Shown: one piece after another, positions 1 to 14,000 of the stretch
Layout of the letters: every line of letters starts with the position of its first letter
Numbering within the stretch: position 1 is the first letter of the stretch
Source: Sphaeroforma arctica JP610
Taxonomy: Eukaryota
Direction of reading: 5' to 3'
Assembly: GCF_001186125.1 (NCBI RefSeq)
Contig: NW_014040097.1
Coordinates: 22,704 to 61,071 of the forward strand
Length of the DNA: 38,368 nt
Made by a program: the position numbers and the translations under genes
The notes under the pieces: generated by a model
Databases searched by the model: none
The model's input: the letters and a program-made list of their open reading frames with translations, nothing else
What the model was told of the DNA's origin: nothing

Positions 1-160
1 TATGGCTGTGTATATGGAAGGCTGTATGTCTAAGCTGATGCGTTAATGTGTCGCTGCGTGTAAGCTTTCTGACGAAATGCATATACGAGAGTGAAATTAG
101 ATTATTAAATTCATCCATCTGTGTACGATATTCATGTCGTGCCGTCACCCACCCATATAG

Positions 161-3129
<2,969 letters not shown>

Positions 3130-4025
3130 TCACTTAAATCGTCAATTGATAGCCTACTATATTAGTCTTAAGATACGCAATCGATATGGTGATTTGTCCA
3201 AAGCGCAAGGAATGACAAACTATATAACAGGCAGCATTCAAGCCTACCGACGGGTCAACAACGACGCACAGTATTGAATCTGCTTCACCTGGAGTAGACT
3301 TTGCACCACGGCTAGCGTATTCATTGGATGTACCATATACAAGGGAGATGAGAGTATGCTTACTGTACATGGGGCCAACCGGAGCCTAGTAGTACTTGCG
3401 CGACGATCGAACACGGATCACATCTAAATAAGCATCCACGAGAAATCACCCACTCGCAAACAAGAGAAAGACCGAGACGTCCGGCGCATATGAAGCGTTC
3501 GAGCTTAAGAGCTTTTAAATAAATACAATATAAATTCGATGTCAAATACGACCTGTTGGCCAACTTAGTCCTTTGCTGAAGCCTTGGTATTGGCTACCTT
3601 GGTGTCGATTGTACACAAAGTGGAGCTCTCAGAGCCTATTGAAGCCACCTAACTATAGAGTCCTAATAATATGTAGGGGTTTGCCCGACGACAGAAGGTG
3701 TATTTGGTTCATCATTAAAAAAAAATCTCACTAAATGTCGTAGTCTTACTACAATCTACACCTCAATTCTTCCGTGTTTATCGCTGAAATTTGACGAATG
3801 CCCTGTATTGTTATTCAGATATATATACTCTCATAGTGAAGGCAGCTTAGTGTTATCCATTGGCATGAGCCGTAGACTTGAAAATTGCCTACAATTGCAC
3901 GAAGAAAGCTTGCTTTGTAAGCAGGTGCAGGCAAGTCTACAAGCTATGGTATGATCAGAAGGCTTAGCCAAAGAATACGTGAAGAAACCATCATTGTATC
4001 GAAAGACTACAATGTGTAGCCAGTT

Positions 4026-4327
4026 ATAACTTGTGGGTTTCACATAATCCCTCGATAGTATCTGAAACAGTACTTTCGTATCCACGGACTGCTTTTCTTG
4101 TCCCCAGATCGAAGCAAGACGACAATCTAAGCAGAAAATATTCAACTAAATTAGGTGTGTAAGTTCCATCATATACATAACTTGTGGGTTTCACATAATC
4201 CCTCGATAGTATCTGAAACAGTACTTTCGTATCCACGGACTGCTTTTCTTGTCCCCAGATCGAAGCAAGACGACAATCTAAGCCGAAAATATTCAACTAA
4301 ATTAGGTGTGTAAGTTCCATCATATAC
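4026..4327. repeat. Tandem direct duplication of 151 bp (4026-4176 and 4177-4327), one mismatch
   Basis: ATAACTTGTGGGTTTCAC...CCATCATATAC occurs twice back to back; the only difference seen is A4133 vs C4284. Confidence 0.95.
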
Positions 4328-4823
4328 AAGTCATCATACTACTTCAGATTTTCGCTCACTTTCCAATATCACTCGAGGTAGTGTATATATCTGCCAAATC
4401 TGTTTGTTTTGCAGCTAGGTAAAGCCAAGATAACAAACTTCAATATAGGAGGAAAATTCGGCTAACGAGTACGTTGACAGACACAACATTTACTACCACG
4501 AAGACACATTCAGGTTAAGTAAACCGTCAACGATGAATTTCGAGTTCTTATATTCCGATATTGTGCAATATTGTCGTAATATCCGCTGATGTTGCTTGAA
4601 CATCATATTAAAACATGGATAATAGCCCAATACAAGAAATGTGGAAATTTACTTATTGCGTGTCGCCTCAAAAGCAGGCTGAAATACTAATAAAATCGAC
4701 CTAAATTTTAATATAATTGGCTACACAACCTAGAATTTTACTAACCCTTAGTAATATGAACTTAAATACAGTATATCCTTATATATGAGTGTCCTATTTT
4801 GCGATAAACGATTGCTATACAAC

Positions 4824-6230
4824 CTATAACTCACCACCACCGTACAGAGCTACGCCTAAGCCCACGGAAGCCACACCGACCAACACAGCTGTCAAAGCTT
4901 TGCACACCCCACCGCTCGCGTTCTTTGTTACTAAAAGTGACTCTTTGCGTTTTTCTGGTACTCCGGCAGTCCTCTTCTGTTTCTTCTTGTTCGTCTGATT
5001 TGTGGGCCAAATAGCGCCTGACTGGTGGGGCGCATTCTCACCGCCGAATTTAGCTGCTCCGGAGGTCTTTTTAGGGGCCTTTCCCATCATATCCTCCAGG
5101 TCGACAACTAGTGTAGTCACGGGGGCGCTTTTCTGCTCCTCTTTCGATACAACTAATTGACCACACGCACCCGCAATGTCACCACCCATCTCCTTCCTGA
5201 CAGTTGCGTAGCAACCATATTCACCCATGACGATATCAATATACGCTTGGATTGTGGGATACGCCGGGGGTTTGTAGGGATCTGACACATTAGTGGTATT
5301 GTAAGGAATCAAATTGATAGTCACGTTGTCTTTACGCGGCTGTAGCAGCTTGCCGAGGTTGTGCGCAGTCTCTACGTCATCATTAATACCAGCCAACAAC
5401 ACATACTCAATCAGCACCGTTCGTCTTGTACGCTTGATATACTCGTCCATGGCCTCCATCAACGCAGGCAACTTAAAGGCCTTGGCCGATGGTACAATAG
5501 TCATCCGCTGTTCTTGTACAGGCGCATGCAGAGACAACGCAAGGTTGCACATAGGCAAATCCTCGATAAACGCGTATATCTTAGGGATCACACCCACAGT
5601 CGACACGGTAACCCGTTTGGGTGCGATCTTGAACCTTCGACCATCAATCATACAGTTCACAGCCGAAACCACCTGCTTGTAGTTATTGAAAGGTTCTCCC
5701 ATACCCATAAACACTATGTTGCTCACTTCGGCCCATTGTCTGGCATGTATCAGCTGCTCTAGGATCTCACCCGCACACAAATCTCCTATCTCGCCCATAG
5801 TTCCAGTCGCGCAGAACGTACATCCCATCTTGCACCCCACCTGCGAAGACACACACAAAGTGGTTCGCTTCTCGCCGTGAGGGTTGTGTGCAGTGACAGC
5901 ACCGTGTCTAATGATAACCGTCTCTACCTTGAGCCCGTCTTGTAGCTGTATGACCAGCTTAGTCACGGCATTATCGCCCGAGGTCACTGCCTCCACTACA
6001 GTAGTGGTCATGAGAGTAAACTTCGATACAACCATCTCAGACACACCTTTAGGCATGTCCTGAATGGTGGCTACTGATGTGAGGTCAGTGATGCCTTCAG
6101 TGGTCAGCAAGTGCTTGTGTATCTTGGCCGCGAGAATTTCGGGCTGTTTGACGTACAACTCATTGAGCTCCTCCAGTAGAGTGGGCTCGTCCCAAATGGA
6201 CGCCATCTTCAGCTTGCGAGAACGTACCAT
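4824..6230 (-). CDS. rlmN: RlmN/Cfr-family radical SAM RNA (C2/C8-adenosine) methyltransferase, eukaryotic RlmN-like type, with C-terminal hydrophobic extension
   Basis: Uninterrupted 468-aa ORF with TLCVSSQVGCKMGCTFC (CxxxCxxC), FMGMGEP, STVG, SLHAP, IEYVLLAGIND, NLIPYN and GGDIAGACGQL (catalytic Cys). The real start may be Met9 (ATG at 6206). A possible GTGAGT donor just before the stop could add a short last exon. Confidence 0.93.
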   Translation of the reverse strand: MVRSRKLKMASIWDEPTLLEELNELYVKQPEILAAKIHKHLLTTEGITDLTSVATIQDMPKGVSEMVVSKFTLMTTTVVEAVTSGDNAVTKLVIQLQDGLKVETVIIRHGAVTAHNPHGEKRTTLCVSSQVGCKMGCTFCATGTMGEIGDLCAGEILEQLIHARQWAEVSNIVFMGMGEPFNNYKQVVSAVNCMIDGRRFKIAPKRVTVSTVGVIPKIYAFIEDLPMCNLALSLHAPVQEQRMTIVPSAKAFKLPALMEAMDEYIKRTRRTVLIEYVLLAGINDDVETAHNLGKLLQPRKDNVTINLIPYNTTNVSDPYKPPAYPTIQAYIDIVMGEYGCYATVRKEMGGDIAGACGQLVVSKEEQKSAPVTTLVVDLEDMMGKAPKKTSGAAKFGGENAPHQSGAIWPTNQTNKKKQKRTAGVPEKRKESLLVTKNASGGVCKALTAVLVGVASVGLGVALYGGGEL

Positions 6231-6953
6231 AATGAACTAGTATCAACTTACCGATATTTAACTATTTAAAACGGTTCAGATTATGTTTCTGTTGGGTGCT
6301 ACGTGCATTTAATATGCCTTTCTATTGTGTATGGATACTTCACCACAGCTTTGTATACTATTGCGACAACGCGAGTGTCATGACTTTTTCTGAGCGCTGA
6401 AATAGATACGACTTTCTCGTCTAATGATTTTGTACGATTGCGTACGCACATGTGACCACTGACAACAGCGGTCAGCGAGCGAATTTTTCCAAAAGATTTT
6501 CTAAGGGTTTTTTGAAAACAAAATATTTTCATCCAAAAAGCCAAAAGACAAAACAAAGCCTTCTAAAACAGACACAAAACATTTGTTTCTTTTTTTTAAT
6601 AAAAAAAACAAAAAAACATAACCTTCTTCTCTAAAAGGACAAAAAGCCTATCTTTCGTCAAAAAGACAAAAAGTAAATACAAATATGATTTTATATATAT
6701 TAATATTTGTCATAGCCTCTCCTTGTTCCTATTTATATGAAGTTGTATGTTATAATACCTGTAAGTAGACGGTAGAAAGTAGACCCCATCTTTATATATA
6801 ATTCAAAAGGCCATGTATAAATAGAAGAAGGCTATAAAGTTATTATTACAAATAAATATATAAGAATATCTTTTCCAAGCTATCAACAGTATCCAGATTC
6901 AAGTCCGACAATACAGTGTAATAAATCGCATATCGCAGCTTCCACTTTCCGCT

Positions 6954-7142
6954 ATGCGCCATCCCTTAGTGAACCAGCTTTCCAATAATCAACCTAGCAC
7001 TCGTGATGAAGTTCAGAACTCTGCTGTCCCCGCCACGGATGTCAATACGCAAACAACCACAGCAGCATTAGACCCTCAGGTACGTAAGTATATATGTATG
7101 TATGCTTGCATGTATGTATGTATGTATGTATGTATATACGTT

Positions 7143-7222
<80 letters not shown>

Positions 7223-7239
7223 ATAATATATATATATAC

Positions 7240-7288
<49 letters not shown>

Positions 7289-10200
7289 TACTATATATAT
7301 ATATATATATATATAATATATTGGAAGTTATTTGCGTTTTCGGACTGCCGGTTGATTTTCCATAGAAGAATCTTGTTTGATTCTGTTCAATAGTGGAAGT
7401 AATCTTTCAGTGAGTGCCTGCCAGCACAACCTCACATGCTGATTGTTCATCACCCCATCCAGACGAGATAAAACGATTCCTCACTGACTTCGTGTCAACC
7501 GATAGAGATGGCACACAGCACAAGAAGTATATGGAGCTCATGGTATGTGTTGACGTCCCATCTGCTACACGTTTTGCTAAGTATCTTTTTCGTGTGCTGG
7601 TCTGCACATCCCTTCGGCGGTATCGCGCTAATTCATTTCTTTTCATTGCATTCCTTTCTCATTTGTACGTGTATATGACTCTTGAATGACATGTAAGAAA
7701 ACTTTCTAAGCGTAGAGGCTCAAAGATAAAACGATTTGTCTGCTCTTATCGCGGAGTCAGTGTCTATCCCATGCAAACATAAACACGGTTTCCATCTCAT
7801 ACTTATATACAAATTCTCTTCCAGACGGATGTGGCCAACCGAAAATTAAACAATTGCCAGTGTCTTTGGATGATATTGACACGGTGAGCGATTGGTCTAT
7901 GTTGTGCTGAAGTTTTAGACTACATACATACGTGATTTTCAGGTTTGACTTATGTATGCGCACCGTGACATCCTTTGATTTTTAATGCATGCAAGTATAT
8001 ACAGTGTAGTGTAGTCGTCGGTGCTCTGATTTACAAAGACTGGGTTTTTGTGTTCGATACGATTTTGCAACAAGCACGAATTTTATACTGACTCGTGAAT
8101 ATAGTATACGCGCAGAAAGTATATGATGCGTTCTGGAAAGTCGCGGAAGCTGACACCTGTGTATGTAGCTTGCCCAATCTTACCTCCTGTACTTGATTTC
8201 GAAAGGTCAGCCTGCATGTGCTATCTTTTTATTGCTTGTACGAGTACTCATCTCGCATTATGACACCGTCAATCCTAGACAATTACGTCTGAAATGCGCG
8301 CGTTTTGCACTTTGTGGCCGCAGAATGTGGACAACGATTACCGGTCAGATGCAGATGTTTTCATAGTCCAAAGAGGGACTTTCTTCGTTTCCAATGAACA
8401 AATGTGAATTCACCTTCACAAGCGATCGGCCTGACATGTCACCCTAAGGAGTGATTCTTTTGCATGCTCACTTTTCACACTACTCCGATCCCTATGTTTG
8501 TATATCACACTCGAAGCGGCATAACTTCCTAGCCGACGCAGTACACAGGAAAACACTCAATCTTATCTATCTAGCAATGTACTGTACTCTCAAACACTCT
8601 CCACCCAATTGCTTAATATCAGTTTCTGGGCGACGACTTCTCCGAGCGCACACAGCAGAACATTCTACGATACGAAACACTGTTCTGTCAGCAGATAGAC
8701 GCACTTCTACCGGAACCCACCGAAGAATTCGATCCCATCAACAGTACTTCAGAGGATGTCATCATCGAGCACCGGCGCATGGAAGCAGTAGAGAATGGCC
8801 ACAACGCCGATGCCGCACTCTTCCGTCGATTGTAAGTAGCTTATATTGCGCTCATGTATGTATTTATGTTATATATATATATATATATATATATTTATTG
8901 TTCATTGAGTAGTCAGCATACCGGAGGGCGCGTGTAACGGGATCTCTATCTAGACTATGGTTGTTAGTTGACAGGATTGTCATAGAAGACTTCTCCTCCT
9001 CAGTCGTCGACTTCATTGGCAATCCTATGGACGCTCAGTGTTGTTCACTATGAAGACGACAGCATGTTAACTTGGTCACCATATCCGCAGTTGCAATTGC
9101 ATGCTGGAATATCCGTGGTGCGCGACCTATACTTTCAGCAGTCCGAATTATGTTTAGTACCATACTGCATTCTCACTTGACCACTTTACCATATATTCAG
9201 CTCGGTCGTCTTTCAACCACCGAGTGAGGGCAAACAAATCACCGTCAGAAACGTAAGTCGGCGTGACACTTCATACGATCTAAATTACGAATCAGTGTAC
9301 TCTCTTAGTCGACATCCTACCTTTACGTTTGATTGTGTCCTAGTTGTAAACACGTGTGTGGGCCTATTTAGACCACGAGCAAATACTACGGCATGGTAGC
9401 TCTGCTTTGGTAATAGGCGCTTGGATTATGAAGTCCGATGTCAATTCAGTTCAATCAAAAGGGCGTCAAACTCTAAAGTATACTGTGGTCAATTTTCCGT
9501 CAGTTGAACAACTGACAGTGCAACGCAGTATTACCGTGCGAGCTTCTGACTATAGTGCCTGATTGCCACATTTCTCGCACTATTCCTCACAGCTCAAAGC
9601 TAGCCACATCGGTAGCTTGGTCAAGGTGAAAGCGATCGTAACACGAACAACGGATGTTAAGCCGAAGCTTACATACGCTGTATATAGATGTGCCCTATGT
9701 GAGGGAGAGACCATCCAGAGGGTATGTTGTATGGCTTCATCATTTCTCGTGCTGCGTTTGTCTGCTATATATACTTGCAGACCTGTCGTAAACGTGTGGT
9801 TGCCGTTGTAGCACTTATTTGTTTTGTATTGTCGGAAGCATTTTGTCTGGGAATACACATCTACAAACACACTACAGACAGCGCAACAAAGCACACCATA
9901 AATTTGAGCTGCAGGCTAGACGATATTATTGGGTCATTGCTCACAGCTGAGCATATGGCATATACCCGATTAGTGTCTCGCAATCGCTCCCTTACGAAGC
10001 TTGCTAGCCCCACAATTGCAAAACGATCGCCACGCTCATCTCACAGACACACATACTTTTCCATTGATGTCCATCACGCACACACCGTAGCCATTTTGTA
10101 CATTTGTCGACCTGTTGCTCATCCATGCCAATACCTTATCTTCCTGTACTGTACACAGGTCACCACGCCCCAATTCATGCCCCTGCAGTTCTGTCCAGGG

Positions 10201-10356
10201 GAGAACTGTAGTGAGAGTGGTAGTCGATCAAAGGCCAAGCTATCTCTGCTGATCAGAGGGTCACGGTTTGTAAAGTACCAGGAATTGCGCATCCAGGAGT
10301 TGGCTCACCAAGTGCCTGTAGGACACACACCGCGGGCTATGACAGTCCATGCACAG
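6954..10356 (+). CDS. MCM7: MCM7, 5' half (N-terminal domain, zinc finger, OB fold); 7 exons: 6954-7083, 7463-7542, 7825-7883 (frameshifted), 8623-8831, 9201-9252, 9593-9721, 10159-10356; possibly a pseudogene copy or sequence error
   Basis: Spliced reading [22 protein letters not shown](fs)[10 protein letters not shown]|..[15 protein letters not shown]..|[24 protein letters not shown], zinc finger [44 protein letters not shown]|gt. The next intron runs into (TA)n and an N gap. The first exon is less certain. Confidence 0.88.
7088..7320. repeat. Compound microsatellite (TATG)n/(TA)n/(TG)n in MCM7 intron 1
   Basis: Directly visible dinucleotide and tetranucleotide runs. Confidence 0.95.
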
Positions 10357-10374
10357 GTACTTTTGTGACAGCTT

Positions 10375-10603
<229 letters not shown>

Positions 10604-11011
10604 CAATATACATATACTCCAATCGCATGCGTGTATTCGTGCTTCAGACAGGGGCACTGCCAAACAGTTAGAGGTGACTATCGTACGCTGACACTCACCG
10701 ATTGCCGATGATTACAATTTACGATAGTCTATCGATGGATTTCTCCCTAAAACTTATCTCTCAGATATAAGTATTTTAATAGCGAGAAATAACGCTCTAG
10801 ATTTAAGAATATCTGTTCAACTGATAGCCGGTTTTTTTGTTTTTGCTGAGCCGAATTCTTGAATGTATTAGAAGCGATTGTCGGATATCATTTGAGATCG
10901 GAAGTTATACATGGCCTGACAGCAATTGCGCAAGTCATAGATATCATTCCCACTTTCATTACTTGTCTGATCTCCTTCACCATCAGATAGAATATTTATT
11001 CGTTTCCTCAC

Positions 11012-14000
11012 ATGTGCAAACAGGCCCAAGCTGCCACGCATCAGTCCATCAAACTCGCCAAAAAAGATGAGCGTATTGGCCTAGGGCTCGGGGGAGGGGC
11101 TCCTCTGTGTCCAGTCGTATATGTCTACCGACTACTTCCAGACACCCCGGCTGCGCAACAGGTATTACGCTTGCTGGTCTATTTGGCAACGAACGATCCG
11201 ATGTATACGATTTGTAGGGCACTAGCATAGCCAATACATAGGTCACAGCTATTCAGCATCATTGTTTGCAGTTGTTTTATACTTTCACGTTTGCGCCAAG
11301 AGTCCACACGGCTATGGATCTGGTGCAATTTCTTGTGAACCCCATCCTGAGTGAGACCAACCCTCTGCGACTGAAAGTTAGCACCTGCGATCTTTCAGAA
11401 CATGATTTCTAATCACTCTGGCATATCTTGTTTAGAACATTCTGCACTGTGGCGATGAGATCGTATCTGTGAACGGAGTAGCGGTGGCCGGGAAGTCGTC
11501 CCAGCAAGTCGCACAGTTGGTGGCGCAGGCACCCACTGAAATTACGCTGGACTTTATCAGCTTTGATGCGGTGGATCCGGAAGGCCCTCCAGCGGTAAGT
11601 CTGGGTGTGCTTTACGAATGAGAGCGTTTCCTAGGTCATAATAATAAATCAGAGCAACCATCGCGTCTTTTGTTCGCGTATTGTATACGCTGTGTCATTT
11701 GTTGTTCTTTGGTTCCCGATTGTATATTTGACATGGCTCATAGCTACACTCGCTCACTTCGACACAGCACATTGTGTTGTATTTTGCAATCTCTGATTGT
11801 CAAACCCCCCCCCCCCCCAGTGTGGTATACATACGGCTAATACTAATACCAGCGAGATTAGTATTCTCGTACTTATCACTACGAATTTAGCATACTCGTA
11901 CTTATTGCTACGAATTCGTTAAGAAATGTACGTCATTCCCTCAAATCAGACTGCAAAGGCTTCGATCTGGTTGAACGCGGGGCTTCTCAGGCTTTCCGAC
12001 CGGTTTAAGAAACAGTCAGGGTCCATCGATGGCCTGGACTCGAAGGTAAAGTTGCTGTCACTGTCACTTACACGCGGATCCAACACTGTATGGCCGCGTA
12101 CACAGCTAGTAACTATTGTATATCTCAGCATATCCACCTACGAGCCTCGAAATTAAATGCAATCGATAATATGTTAAAAAACACTTCTGGATTTGAGCAG
12201 GATTTAGGAAGATTTCTTTGTATACAATTTTGTCGCAATTTGGAAACAAATCTGTAGTTGCGACATGTAGGACCGACCTTGGAGGCTTTTGCTACTCATT
12301 CATTTCCCAGTCATCGTTTCGGCATAGTTCGTATTCGTTGCTTGTACATACATACTATGTCACCTGCTCTGATTGAATTCTGAATTCTCCATCGTATTTT
12401 TTCTTCAGGTCTCTGGCAAGGAAGAAATTGAGACCGAGAACTTCCGAATTGAGATCAACCAATTCGAAAACACCGCCGTAGTAGCGGGCCAATTCTTGAA
12501 GGAATTTGAAGCTTGTGGTATGTTATCGAACTCATCGAGCTCCACGAATCCCATGTGATCTCGTTGTTGATTCGAAAACTCTACATTGCGATGGCAAATA
12601 TTGGCGCACCACGTGAGTTTCACAGCCATATCAGACTGTATTGTGTGCCAACGTTATTCCTACATGGTTGTATTAGCTTGTGCTTGTTGTTGTGTATATC
12701 ACTTCGATTCAATACATCGATTATGAATTAGCGGTTGTGGACAACAACATAATATATCGTCATTTGCATTCGATTTAAATGCGTCTTGAATCACGGACAG
12801 GTAGGAGCCTGGCTGCAATGGGGACGGCACAGAAATTCTTTGGTGAAAACTTGGCTTTGAATGCGATTTACGAGAAAGATCACGAAATCGCAGAGCTGCT
12901 ACGTCACACCGCCAAGGTTCGTGAGCAATTAATGGGCGGCTGATATTTTTAGACTAGGAAGAATGTTATGCAAGCCATTTGGTCCCGTTTGAGTTGTCTG
13001 AGATGAGTATTGATTATTCTTCAGGGCACCGCGGCCACTAACGCTGTACAATCATGGATGTTTAATATTTTGAATTGTTCATTCATCTTAAACCACGCTT
13101 TCTCTATCGTTCCGATTGTGTATCTATCCATTTGGAATGAATATGTTGCTTCTGCAGATGGCAAATAGCTGTGGTAATCAGTACCAGGCAGCACAATTTG
13201 CAACGCAAGATTTAGCGAAAAGCATTCAGACTTTTACGAGCAAGGTATTCGGCCGTACAAAAACGCAGTGAACACGTATATATATATGTGTGTGTGTATA
13301 TGTATATATGTACGTATGTACGCATGTATGTATGTATGTATNNNNNNNNNNNNNNNNNNNNNNNNNNNNNNNNNNNNNNNNNNNNNNNNNNNNNNNNNNN
13401 NNNNNNNNNNNNNNNNNNNNNNNNNNNNNNNNNNNNNNNNNNNNNNNNNNNNNNNNNNNNNNNNNNNNNNNNNNNNNNNNNNNNNNNNNNNNNNNNNNNN
13501 NNNNNNNNNNNNNNNNNNNNNNNNNNNNNNNNNNNNNNNNNNNNNNNNNNNNNNNNNNNNNNNNNNNNNNNNNNNNNNNNNNNNNNNNNNNNNNNNNNNN
13601 NNNNNNNNNNNNNNNNNNNNNNNNNNNNNNNNNNNNNNNNNNNNNNNNNNNNNNNNNNNNNNNNNNNNNNNNNNNNNNNNNNNNNNNNNNNNNNNNNNNN
13701 NNNNNNNNNNNNNNNNNNNNNNNNNNNNNNNNNNNNNNNNNNNNNNNNNNNNNNNNNNNNNNNNNNNNNNNNNNNNNNNATATATATTAACGCATAAGCA
13801 AACCGTAGAGACCCGGAGTGGATTTTAATCGCATATAAGATTGTCCACTGTCGTCACGTTTGTCTGACGTTTGTCCGTCTGACCTTCACAAATTCATCGC
13901 GTCCTGTTATCGAGGGGGTCTAGCAAGGATTTGACAAATATAAAATGAGTTTCTAATTGCAACCTTGCTTGGAAAATCTCGGCTTGCACAGCTTTGTACC

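Noticed and set aside
3134..4145. Short minus-strand ORFs downstream of rlmN as possible extra exons or a fused domain
   Set aside because: No recognisable homology and no convincing chain of splice sites.
6230..6954. E2F/MCB-like words (ACGCGA, TTTCCGC) and repeated AAAAGACAAAA in the rlmN-MCM7 intergenic region; TTTAGCGCG on minus near 26460
   Set aside because: Only partial matches to short consensus sites in AT-rich DNA; expected by chance.
7094..7393. YIYIYI/CVCV ORFs here and at 10349-10711, 13268-13828 and 25170-25613
   Set aside because: Translations of microsatellites and N gaps.
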